From contig CBDEUM010000029.1 in the NCBI GenBank assembly GCA_965242925.1, forward strand, positions 160,001-224,000: a stretch of DNA of 64,000 bases. The letters are read 5' to 3'. The notes under the pieces are model-generated. The model was given only the letters and a program-made list of their open reading frames with translations. It had not been told where the DNA came from and searched no databases. Source of the stretch: Roseibacillus sp. GTDB taxonomy: Bacteria > Verrucomicrobiota > Verrucomicrobiia > Verrucomicrobiales > Akkermansiaceae. The translations under genes were made by a program, and so were the position numbers. Positions 28,971 to 38,646 of the stretch are shown here, one piece after another. The stretch's first letter is position 1. The number at the start of each line of letters is the position of its first letter.

Positions 28971-31221
28971 TTAATACACCCACGGCCCGCGCCTGCTTGA
29001 TGAGGAGGCGCCCGGTTTCGGTGATCTTGAATTCGACCTCCATGGCCCAGGTGGACGTGTTCCCCGGGTTGTACTTGGAGCGGAAGTGGCTGTGGACAAG
29101 GTTCATCTTGGCCTTGAGGTCGAGGGCCTGATTGCGGGTCAGAACGGTCTCTCCCTCCGGGAGCTGGTTTGAAAAGCGGATGTACTGAATCTCGTCGGAG
29201 GATCCCGCCAGGCGGGCGATGAGGTATTCTTCCGGGATGGATCCGGCCTCCGGATTGGTGACCAGGTTTTCGCCGATCTGCACATTGACGTAGTGTCCTT
29301 CCCAGCGGGGGTCGAAGATGTTGGTGGTGACGCCCACGCCGTTGGCCTGCTCATTCTCGTAGTTGGGATGGACGAGCACACCCATCGCAGCGGAAAAGTG
29401 GGCGATGCGCCAGAAGTCGCGCTCTTCGAAGGCACGGTAGTTCCACAGACTGGCCCAGACCTGTTTGACGGTCTTCTCGAAAGGGCCCTCATCAAGACCG
29501 TGGGTGAAAGAGCTGTAGAGACCGGCCCCGTTGAAGCCCTCGAGGTCTTCATTGTTGGTGCTGGAGCGTGCCCGCAGGGTCGTGCCCGGCCCCAAGCTGT
29601 TCCGCAGGCTGGTAATGGCCTCCGACATCCAGGCCGGAAGCGGAGCGTCCTCGATGTCGTCGCGGAATTTTTCGAGCAGGGCGGACCGGAAGAGAGGAGA
29701 GTTCTGGAAGAGCGACTGGTCCATCATGGTCTGGGCCTCGTCGTAGAGGCCGTTGAACTTCATGAACTCGTCGTAGAAGTAAAACGGGATGGCGAAGCCG
29801 TTCGGGGCATTCCGTGGCAGAATCCGGCGCAGTTCGGCCACGTTGGCAGCCTTGGCACCGAAGGCGTCGGAATCGTTGAACTGGACCTGGGAGAGGGACC
29901 GGATTGCGGTGATGCTGAGATCACGTTGCGGGATCTGGGGGTTCTCGGGGCGGATTGCCTCGAACCAGTCATCCACCTCCGCATCGGTGGCGGCCCGGAT
30001 TTCAAAGCCGTCCGCGGTGACCTTGTAGTAGATGTTCTGATCGAGAAAGGGTGCGATCTCGGGGTGGGTGGAGGCATCCTTGATGAAGGCATTCGGGGTG
30101 TTGTTCTGCTTGGCCTTGAGGTTGATGTGGGAGAGGGGCGTTTGCGGGATCTCGGTAATGATGCCCGCCACATGAGTGAGATCGTTCGGGATGTTGCGGA
30201 AGATCACGATATCGCGCACAGAGAGCGTTTCCGTACCGTTGACCACGCGGAGCCGTCCATAGCCCTCGCCCGGGTTGAGTCCGGTGTAGACCACATTGGC
30301 GTAGAGGTCTTCGGTCTGAACCACGTTGATATAGGAGTTGTCGTAGTCCTCCTTCTCGTCGTTGTGCCAGCGACGCTGTGTTTCGCTGGCGGGGTGGTAG
30401 GCGATATTTCCGTCCACGAAGGGCATGGCGGCTGCGATCAGCTCGTAGCCCTTTTCCACGAATCTGAAGGCAACCGGATCGGTGGGCCAGAACTCGACGG
30501 TGTAGAGCCCTTCTCGTCCCTTGTCGTCTACGTAGTTGTCGTGCGCGATGAGGCTTCCGGCCAGATTCTTGCGGCGGGTATTGTCGAAGTATGTTTCGTT
30601 GTTGAAGAGACCGAGGTCGTTGTAGCGGTTCACGACCTGGCTGGTGAAGTCGAAGTGGTACTGGTAACGATTGCTGTTGGCGAAGTAGAGGACCGGGGTG
30701 CTGGTATGAACATCGTAGACGAGAAACTTGATTTCGCGTACGGATTGCGCTCCCGGCCGGTCGTCCCGGGCCGACAGTTGCTCGAAGTGGGTCCGGTTTA
30801 CCACCATGATGGCGCCTTGGGCCCGCTCGACCGGTGGGGCTGGATTGAGGGGATTGTAGTAGCCCGGTCGAGCCAGCTCGAGCCAGTCGGAGAACCCGTC
30901 GCGGTCGGAGTCCCGGGCCGTTGCCGAAGTGAGATGAGTGACCTGATAGTATCCCTGGTCCTTGGGGCGGGAAGAATCCGCGATAGTGGTGGGATTGGAG
31001 CTGCCCCTCACCATGGCCACGGGGCGGCCGCGGGTCAGCTGCGACAGAGTGCGGGCTCGCCGCAGGATATGATACATTCCAGATTCAGATTTCAGCTCGA
31101 AAGCGATCTTGCCTCCGGGAGAGTGTCCCACGGAGTTGATGGCAGGTTCGGCCCCGGGAAGGGTGGCCGTGGTCACGCCATAGAGAAGGACCAGCAGGGA
31201 TCGTTGGGGGGAAGGGGGCAT
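28971..31221 (-). CDS. PEP/pyruvate-binding (PPDK_N ATP-grasp) domain protein with N-terminal export signal; true stop probably at 28971
   Basis: FGAKAAN, GFAIPF, RSSTNNEDLEGFNGAGLY, VWASLW, MEVEFK, KQAR. Removing one C at 28986-28988 gives KQARPWVY*. Confidence 0.85.
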
Positions 31222-31300
31222 GAACGGAAATGGGGACACAGAAAAAACCATAGGCCAATTCGGAAAGGAGACTAGCGGGAAGTTGTTTCCAGCGGTCCCT

Positions 31301-33520
31301 TTATTTCGTCAGGATGGCATTCAGCGTCTCACTGGGCCGCATGGCGGCATTGGCCTTGGCTTCGTCGGGTTGGTAATAGCCGCCCAATTCGACCGCTTGC
31401 CCCTGCACGCTGCCCAGTTCGGCCAGGATGTGCTCTTCGGCGGCACCCAGTTGCTCGGCGAGGGGAGCAAACTCGGTTTTGAGTTCGGGGTCTGCATCCT
31501 GCGCGGCAAGTGCCTGGGCCCAGTAGAGAGCCAGATAGAAATGCGTTCCCCGGTTGTCCCGTTCCCCACATTTGCGCGAGGGGGCCTTGTTATTGAGGAG
31601 ATACTGGGTACTTGCCTCGTCTAGGGTCTCGCCCAGAACGCAGGCCTTGGAGGAGTCGAATCTCCCGGCAAGGTGTTCGAGGGAGACGGCAAGAGCCAGG
31701 AACTCTCCCAGGGAATCCCAGCGGAGGTGATTTTCCTCCACGAATTGCTGGACATGCTTGGGTGCGGATCCGCCCGCGCCGGTCTCGAACAGCCCGCCAC
31801 CGTTCATGAGCGGAACGATGGAGAGCATTTTGGCACTGGTGCCCACTTCGAGGATGGGGAAGAGGTCGGTGAGGTAGTCGCGCAGGACGTTGCCGGTGAC
31901 GGAGATGGTGTCCTGGCCCGCCTTGAGTCGCTCCAGGGTGAAACGGCAGGCTTCCACCGGGGCAAGGATGCGCAGGTCGAGTCCCTCGGTATCGTGTCCG
32001 GAGAGGTAGATCGTCACCTTTGAGATGAGTTGCGCGTCGTGGGCCCGGTTCTCGTCGAGCCAGAAGACGGCCGGGGTGCCGGTGGCGCGGGCACGACTGA
32101 CCGCCAGTTTCACCCAGTCACGGATGGGAGCATCCTTCGTCTGGCAGGCCCGCCAGAGGTCGCCTTTTTCAACGGGATGTTCAAGGAGGACGTTGCCCTC
32201 GTCGTCGACGATGCGGATCGTCCCGTCGCCCGGTGCCTGGAAGGTTTTGTCGTGAGATCCGTACTCCTCGGCCTTCTGCGCCATCAGTCCGACGTTGGGG
32301 ACGGTGCCCATGGTGGCGGGATCGAAGGCGCCGTGCTCGCGGCAGAAATCGATGGTGGCCTGGTAGACACCGGCGTAGGAGCTGTCGGGAATGACCGCGA
32401 GGGCGTCCTGACGTTCGCCCTGCGCGTTCCACATCTTACCCGAATCGCGGATCATGGCCGGCATGGAGGCATCGATGATGACGTCGCTCGGCACGTGCAG
32501 ATTGGTGATTCCCCTGTCGGAGTTCACCATGGCGAGAGCGGGGCCCTTCTCGTAGCAGGACTGGATGTCGGTCTTGATTGCGGATCGCCTGTCCTCCGGA
32601 AGGGTCTCGATCTTGGCGAGGAGATCACCGAAGCCGTTGTTGAAATCAACGCCGAGTTCGTCGAGGATCGGGCCGTGCCTGGCAATCAGGTCACGGAAGT
32701 AGACGCGGACGCAGTGACCGAAGATGACCGGGTCGGAGACCTTCATCATGGTGGCCTTCATATGGAGGGAGAAGAGGATGCCCTCTTCCCTGGCGCGTGT
32801 GATCTGGTGATCGAGAAATGACACCAGGGCCTTGCTGCTCATCACGGTGGCGTCGACCACTTCGCCGGCGAGGAGGGGCGCGGCGGTTTTCATGACACCC
32901 GTGCTGCCGTGCTGGTCGACGAACTCGATCTGGAAGGTGGAGTCCGTTCCGGTCGTGAAGGACTTCTCCTTGTAGCGGAAATCGCTGGCGCCCATGGTGG
33001 CGACATTCGTTTTCGAGTCCTTCGACCACTCGCCCATGGAGTGCGGGTTGCTGCGGGCATACTCCTTGACGGCCTTGGGGGCTCTCCGGTCCGAATTACC
33101 CTCCCTCAGGACCGGATTCACCGCGCTGCCCTTGACCCTGTCGTAGCGCGCCTTGATCTCGAGCTCTCCGGCACTCGTGGGGTCTTCGGGGTAGTCGGGA
33201 AGTTGGTAGCCCTGGTCGCGCAGTTCTCCGATGGCAGCCTTGAGCTGGGGGACGGAGGCACTGATATTGGGGAGCTTGATGATGTTGGCCTCGGGTGTTC
33301 TGGCGAGGGTTCCGAGCTCCGTCAGGGCGTCCTCAACCCGCTGCTCCTTGGTGAGGAGATCGGGAAAGTTGGCGAGAATGCGGCCCGCCAGGGAGATGTC
33401 GCGGGTCTCCACCCGGATTCCCGATGACCTGGTAAACCGCTGGATGATGGGAAGCAGGGAACGGGTTGCGAGAGCGGGAGCTTCGTCGGTTTCGGTGTAG
33501 ATGATCGTGGGAGCGGGCAT
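31301..33520 (-). CDS. icd: Monomeric NADP-dependent isocitrate dehydrogenase
   Basis: [62 protein letters not shown]; 739 aa. Confidence 0.98.
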   Translation of the reverse strand: MPAPTIIYTETDEAPALATRSLLPIIQRFTRSSGIRVETRDISLAGRILANFPDLLTKEQRVEDALTELGTLARTPEANIIKLPNISASVPQLKAAIGELRDQGYQLPDYPEDPTSAGELEIKARYDRVKGSAVNPVLREGNSDRRAPKAVKEYARSNPHSMGEWSKDSKTNVATMGASDFRYKEKSFTTGTDSTFQIEFVDQHGSTGVMKTAAPLLAGEVVDATVMSSKALVSFLDHQITRAREEGILFSLHMKATMMKVSDPVIFGHCVRVYFRDLIARHGPILDELGVDFNNGFGDLLAKIETLPEDRRSAIKTDIQSCYEKGPALAMVNSDRGITNLHVPSDVIIDASMPAMIRDSGKMWNAQGERQDALAVIPDSSYAGVYQATIDFCREHGAFDPATMGTVPNVGLMAQKAEEYGSHDKTFQAPGDGTIRIVDDEGNVLLEHPVEKGDLWRACQTKDAPIRDWVKLAVSRARATGTPAVFWLDENRAHDAQLISKVTIYLSGHDTEGLDLRILAPVEACRFTLERLKAGQDTISVTGNVLRDYLTDLFPILEVGTSAKMLSIVPLMNGGGLFETGAGGSAPKHVQQFVEENHLRWDSLGEFLALAVSLEHLAGRFDSSKACVLGETLDEASTQYLLNNKAPSRKCGERDNRGTHFYLALYWAQALAAQDADPELKTEFAPLAEQLGAAEEHILAELGSVQGQAVELGGYYQPDEAKANAAMRPSETLNAILTK

Positions 33521-33695
33521 GACCGGCGGGGACTGAAGGGATGGGCGTGTACGTCAGCCGGCGGCGATGGTCAATAGAATGTGGGACCGACCAAAGGCTT
33601 GCGGATCGTTGCCGTTCCCTTTCGCTTGTTGCGTTCATTACGACGAGGAATTTGCTTCAATGCCCCGGACGTTCCCGCCACGATGATGCACGTCC

Positions 33696-35453
33696 ATGAA
33701 GCGCGCTCTGTTTTCCATCCTGCTGCAGGGAATTGCGGCCGTTCCCGTTGTTGCGGACCAGCCAAATGTCCTGGTGTTTCTCAGTGATGACCAGGGCTGG
33801 GGGGATCTGACCAGCTCTGGAAACACGGACTTGCGCACGCCGCATATCGATTCCCTCAAGCGTGATGGAGCCAGTTTCGACCGCTTCTATGTTTGCCCGG
33901 TCTGTTCGCCGACGCGGGCCGAGTTTCTCACCGGCCGGCACCACGCCCATTCCGGAGTCTATTCCACTTCGGCGGGAGGCGAGCGCATGGATCTTGACGA
34001 AACCACGGTGGCCGATCTTTTCAAGGAGGCCGGCTATGCCACTGGTGCCTTTGGCAAGTGGCACAACGGGATGCAGTATCCCTACCATCCCAATGGTCGC
34101 GGGTTCGGCGAATTCTATGGCTTCTGCAGTGGCCACTGGGGCAACTACTTCGACCCCATGCTCGAGCAAAACGGCCGCATCGTGAAGGGGGAGGGATTCT
34201 GCATCGATGACTTCACCAACAAGGCGATGAGGTTCATGACGGATGCGGTGAAGGGGAAGAAGCCCTTCTTCGCCTATCTCCCCTACAACACCCCGCACTC
34301 TCCCATGCAGGTGCCCGACAGGTTTTGGCAGCGCTTCAAGGACCGGCCGCTTGTGAAAGTGAACGGGCAACAACCCGGGAAGGAGTTGCAGACCCACAAG
34401 AGGAGTGCGCTCGCGATGTGCGAAAACCTCGATTGGAACGTCGGACGCGTACTCGCCATGCTGGAGAGCCTGGGCATCGAGGACGACACCATCGTGGTGT
34501 GGTTTCATGACAACGGGCCGAATGGCGTGCGTTGGAATGGCGGGATGAAGGGCCGCAAGGGATCGACCGATGAAGGAGGGGTGCGCAGTCCGCTCTACCT
34601 CCGCTGGCCGGGCGTCATCGCGCCCGGGACCGAGATTCCGCACATTGCCAGCGCGCGCGACTTACTCCCCACCCTTTGCGATCTTGCCGGAGTCCCCCCT
34701 GCCAACAGGAAGCCACTGGATGGAGTCAGCTTGAAGCAGTTGCTCGAAAAGCCCGGATCCACAGCCGACTCTTGGCCTGACCGGGTTCTCATCAACCAGT
34801 GGAAGAACAGGATCAGCGTGAGAAACCAACGCTTCCGGCTTGATGACAAGGCGAGGCTTTACGATATGGTTGCGGATCCCGGGCAAAAAACCAATGTGGC
34901 TGCCAGGCACCCAAAGGTTGTCGAGGAACTGGGCATGGCGGCAGCAAGGCATCGCGAGGAATTCATGCCCACCTATTTCGAGGACAAGCGTCCCTTCGTG
35001 ATCGCTCATCCCGACTCGCCTCTGACCCAGCTTCCGGCCCGCGATGGGAAGTCGCACGGAGGAATCAAGCGCTCTAACAGATTTCCCAACTGTTCCTACT
35101 TCCGCAACTGGAGCAGCACAGAGGATCGGATCACCTTCGGCGCCGAGGTTGCCGCCAGCGGGATTTACGAGGTGGTCCTCTACTACGCGGCCAGGGAGGC
35201 GGGAGCGAAGTGCGAGCTGAGTTTCAACGACGCGACCCTCAAGTTCCAGATCGCCGAAGCGCACGACGTTCCCGAGTTCGGGGGCGAGCACGACCTGCAT
35301 CCACGCATGGAGTCTTACGTGAAGGACTTCAAGGCCGTGACGATCGGGAAGATCGTGCTTGAGAAGGGGAAGGGCGAACTGACTCTCCGCGCCACTGAGA
35401 TTCCGGGAGCGGAAGCAATGGAGTTTCGCCTGCTGACCCTGAAGCGAATGTAG
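33696..35453 (+). CDS. Arylsulfatase (S1) with C-terminal beta-sandwich (CBM-like) domain
   Basis: PNVLVFLSDDQGWGD, CSPTR, GKWH, DNG, GRKG...EGGVR. Confidence 0.93.
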   Translation: MKRALFSILLQGIAAVPVVADQPNVLVFLSDDQGWGDLTSSGNTDLRTPHIDSLKRDGASFDRFYVCPVCSPTRAEFLTGRHHAHSGVYSTSAGGERMDLDETTVADLFKEAGYATGAFGKWHNGMQYPYHPNGRGFGEFYGFCSGHWGNYFDPMLEQNGRIVKGEGFCIDDFTNKAMRFMTDAVKGKKPFFAYLPYNTPHSPMQVPDRFWQRFKDRPLVKVNGQQPGKELQTHKRSALAMCENLDWNVGRVLAMLESLGIEDDTIVVWFHDNGPNGVRWNGGMKGRKGSTDEGGVRSPLYLRWPGVIAPGTEIPHIASARDLLPTLCDLAGVPPANRKPLDGVSLKQLLEKPGSTADSWPDRVLINQWKNRISVRNQRFRLDDKARLYDMVADPGQKTNVAARHPKVVEELGMAAARHREEFMPTYFEDKRPFVIAHPDSPLTQLPARDGKSHGGIKRSNRFPNCSYFRNWSSTEDRITFGAEVAASGIYEVVLYYAAREAGAKCELSFNDATLKFQIAEAHDVPEFGGEHDLHPRMESYVKDFKAVTIGKIVLEKGKGELTLRATEIPGAEAMEFRLLTLKRM

Positions 35454-35509
35454 GGTGGGGAGCTGAGAAGAAGGGATGGAGGCAATCGGCCTCGGAAGGG
35501 AGATCGGGC

Positions 35510-35580
35510 CCGGTGAGGGCTGCGCCGAAAACCAGTCGGTTCCCCTGCGGGAGGGGCGATAAGTTCCAGCGCTGCCATTC
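35510..35580 (+). pseudogene. Possible decayed SEC-C (zinc-binding) motif remnant
   Basis: Translates PVRAAPKTSRFPCGRGDKFQRCH, compared with SEC-C consensus PKVGRNDPCPCGSGKKYKxCH. Confidence 0.4.
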
Positions 35581-35634
35581 CGCCCGGTGCAAGGGCTTGC
35601 TCTCCGTCCGCAACTCCCTACCGTCCCGCCTCTC

Positions 35635-36501
35635 ATGTCCATCGAACTGATCCTCACGCACCCGGGTGGCGCGCACAAAGACGACTACCTGGCCTGCAGT
35701 TTGCTGGTGGCGCAGCACGGGGCTCCGATCGAGCGGCGTGAACCGGAGCAGGGCGATCTCGACAACTCCGCAGTGCTGGTGGTCGATGTGGGTGGAGAAC
35801 ATGAGCCGGAGCGGGGGAATTTTGATCATCACCAGTTCCCGCGCGATCACGATCCGATCTGTGCGCTGTCCCTTGTGTTGCAGGACCTCGGGCTCTACGA
35901 AGACGCAAAAATGTTCTGCGACTGGCTCGAGCCCGCGGAGTGGTTCGACACCCGGGGGGCAGGCGGGACGGCCAAGTGGCTGGGCGTTGAGCGCGACATC
36001 ATGAGCAAGCTCAACTCGCCGATGGATGTGACCCTGTTGCGACGCTTTGCACAAGCCAGGCGTCTCGACCCTGGCGATTTGCTCTACGAGATGATGCGCT
36101 GGGTGGGAGAGGATCTCCTGGAGTATTTGAAGACCCTGCGCGAGCGGCTCACCTACATCGGTGAGCATGGCGAGCTCTGGACGCTGGAGGCCAACGGTGC
36201 GGACTCCTTCAAGGTCCTGTTCATGCCACGGACCAATCCGCTCCCGGCCGAGCCCTCGATGGGGTTTGGGCGCTATCTCGATTCGATCGGCGAATCGGAG
36301 AACGTGGCGGGCCTGGTCTATCCGGACCGGCGGGGCAGCGGCTATGGGCTCTCTCGTCACAACGATCACCCGCGACTGGAGTTCACCCGGATCGACGCAG
36401 AGGACGACGTGCATTTTGCGCACGCCCGGGGATTCGTAGCGAAGACTTCGGCCACGGAGAAAGAGCGCCTGAAGGAGTTGCTTCGAGCGGCCTGGGTGTA
36501 A
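35635..36501 (+). CDS. MYG1 family protein (metal-dependent nuclease-like)
   Basis: THPGGAHKDD, VDVGGEH, FDHHQ, FAHARGF. Confidence 0.88.
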   Translation: MSIELILTHPGGAHKDDYLACSLLVAQHGAPIERREPEQGDLDNSAVLVVDVGGEHEPERGNFDHHQFPRDHDPICALSLVLQDLGLYEDAKMFCDWLEPAEWFDTRGAGGTAKWLGVERDIMSKLNSPMDVTLLRRFAQARRLDPGDLLYEMMRWVGEDLLEYLKTLRERLTYIGEHGELWTLEANGADSFKVLFMPRTNPLPAEPSMGFGRYLDSIGESENVAGLVYPDRRGSGYGLSRHNDHPRLEFTRIDAEDDVHFAHARGFVAKTSATEKERLKELLRAAWV

Positions 36502-36555
36502 TTGTGGGAGGGGACGGGCCTACAGCCTGCTCCATGATGTAGAATTTTGACGACC

Positions 36556-37149
36556 GTGAAAATCCAATCGGCCATATTCGAGTGTGGGGCGGTCAGTTTC
36601 GACGGCTGTCCGGAGTCGAAGCTCCCTGAGTTCGCCTTCATTGGACGCTCCAACGTGGGCAAGTCGTCCCTCCTCAATCTTCTGGCTGATAAGGAGGGAC
36701 TGGCACGGGTGTCCGGCAGCCCGGGGCGAACCCGGGAAATCAATTTCTTCACCATCAACGGGAGCTGGAGCCTGGTGGATCTTCCCGGCTATGGATATGC
36801 CAAGGTGTCCAAGGCCGATCGAACGCGTTTCCAGGAGTTCATTGCAGCCTATCTCATTGAGCGGGAGAATCTTTTCTGTGCCTTTGTGCTGATAGACTCA
36901 CGTCATCCTCCTCAGCGGATCGATCTCGAGTTCGTACAGTGGCTGGTGGAGGGAGCGGTGCCGTTCGCACTGGTTTTCACCAAGGCTGAGAAGAGCAGGG
37001 ACTCAGCGCTGAGGAAGAACGTGATGCTCTTTCTGGAAGCGATGAAGGACTGGAGCGAGGGCGATCCCGCCGTTTTCACCTGCTCGGCCAAGACGGGGGA
37101 CGGTCGCAGGGAGATCCTTTCCTTTATAGGGGATGCGATGCAGGGCTAG
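36556..37149 (+). CDS. yihA: Ribosome biogenesis GTP-binding protein YihA/YsxC (EngB)
   Basis: GRSNVGKSS, PGRT, DLPGYGYA, DSRH, TKAE(K). Confidence 0.95.
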   Translation: MKIQSAIFECGAVSFDGCPESKLPEFAFIGRSNVGKSSLLNLLADKEGLARVSGSPGRTREINFFTINGSWSLVDLPGYGYAKVSKADRTRFQEFIAAYLIERENLFCAFVLIDSRHPPQRIDLEFVQWLVEGAVPFALVFTKAEKSRDSALRKNVMLFLEAMKDWSEGDPAVFTCSAKTGDGRREILSFIGDAMQG

Positions 37150-37193
37150 GAGGCATCCCCGGCCGCTGAAGCGGATGGATTATGCGGCCCTCT

Positions 37194-38615
37194 TCAAGCG
37201 AGGACGCCCTTTACAATCTTTCCATGGACGTCGGTGAGGCGGAACTGCCGGCCCTGGTAGCGGAAGGTCAGGCGCTCGTGATCGATACCGAGAAGGTGGA
37301 GGATGGTGGCATTGAAGTCATGCACGTGAACGGGATCACGGGCGATGGCATAGCCAAGTTCATCGGTCGCTCCGTGGGCATGGCCAGCCTTGCTGCCCCC
37401 GCCCGCCATCCACACGCTATAGGCGTCCTTGTGATGATCACGACCGGCCTTGGAGCGCTTGGCGCCGTCTCCGGTTGTACCCTGGGCCATGGGAGTGCGT
37501 CCGAACTCGGCGCTCCAGATCACCAGGGTTTCGTCGAGAAGACCCCGTTCTTTCAGGTCCTTGATAAGGGCCGCGATTGGTTTGTCGACCTGCCTGGTCT
37601 TGTTAGGGAGATTATCGAAGACTGCTCCGTGGTGGTCCCAGCCCTGGTCGAAAAGCTGGACAAAACGCACGCCGCGTTCCACCAGTCGCCGGGCCAGAAG
37701 GCAGTTATTGGCAAAGGACGTTTTCCCCGGTTGTGTGCCGTACATCTCGTGGATGCGTTGGGGTTCGCTCGCGATGTCCATCAGTCCCGGGACGCTGGTC
37801 TGCATGCGGTAGGCCATTTCATACTGGCTGATCCGGGTCGCGATCTCGGGATCGCCCACGTCGTCGAGAGCGGCCTGATTGAGGTTGTTCACGGTGTCCA
37901 CCACCAGCTTGCGTTCCTTGTCGGAGACTCCCTTCGGGTTGGAGAGATAGAGGACCGGGTCGCCCTTTGAGCGGAACTGGATGCCTTGGTGGATGGTAGG
38001 CAGAAATCCGCTTCCGAAGGCGCTGTTGCCTGCGCCCAGAACCTGGCCGGTGATGAGAACCACGAATCCGGGAAGGTTCTCGTTTTCGCTGCCAAGGCCG
38101 TAGCTCACCCACGAACCGATGCTGGGTCGGCCGAAGCGCTCAAACCCCGTGAGCAGGAACATCTGGGAGGGGGCATGGTTGAACTGGTCGGTGTGGAGCG
38201 TCTTGATGAGGCAGAGTTCGTCCGCCACCCCCTGCAGGTGGGGCAGGAGGTTGGACAACTCGAGCCCCGATGTTCCGCACTTCCGGAAGGCGAATTTGTC
38301 CTCCCGGGGGGTGCCCAGCAGATTGGGCTGCTCGCGGATAAAGGCCAGCTTGGTGGTATCGAAGAACTCATCCGGGCACAATTGCCCGTTTCGTTTCTGG
38401 AGCTCCGGCTTGTAGTCGAAGAGGTCGAGGTGGGAGGGTGAGCCGACGAGGTGAATGTAGATGACGTGCTTGGCGCGTGGAGCGTGGTGGAGCCCGGCCT
38501 CTGCCCCTGCAGGCGCCCCGTTTGCCAGTGATGACAGGGCCGCAGATCCCAAGCCATAGCCGGTCCTTTGCAGGAAGAGGCGACGGGTTGCGGTCTGGAG
38601 CGGGGTCGGGATCAT
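37194..38615 (-). CDS. DUF1501 domain-containing protein (Tat signal)
   Basis: [38 protein letters not shown]. Confidence 0.93.
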   Translation of the reverse strand: MIPTPLQTATRRLFLQRTGYGLGSAALSSLANGAPAGAEAGLHHAPRAKHVIYIHLVGSPSHLDLFDYKPELQKRNGQLCPDEFFDTTKLAFIREQPNLLGTPREDKFAFRKCGTSGLELSNLLPHLQGVADELCLIKTLHTDQFNHAPSQMFLLTGFERFGRPSIGSWVSYGLGSENENLPGFVVLITGQVLGAGNSAFGSGFLPTIHQGIQFRSKGDPVLYLSNPKGVSDKERKLVVDTVNNLNQAALDDVGDPEIATRISQYEMAYRMQTSVPGLMDIASEPQRIHEMYGTQPGKTSFANNCLLARRLVERGVRFVQLFDQGWDHHGAVFDNLPNKTRQVDKPIAALIKDLKERGLLDETLVIWSAEFGRTPMAQGTTGDGAKRSKAGRDHHKDAYSVWMAGGGSKAGHAHGATDELGYAIARDPVHVHDFNATILHLLGIDHERLTFRYQGRQFRLTDVHGKIVKGVLA

Positions 38616-38646
38616 TGCTCAATAACGAGAGGGTCTAGTCTGAACC

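Noticed and set aside
29293..31275. Long antisense ORFs (660 aa here; also 45475..47070, 61976-start extension and many others)
   Set aside because: Expected stop-poor shadows of high-GC3 genes, with no motifs; upstream ORF extensions were trimmed to signal-peptide starts.
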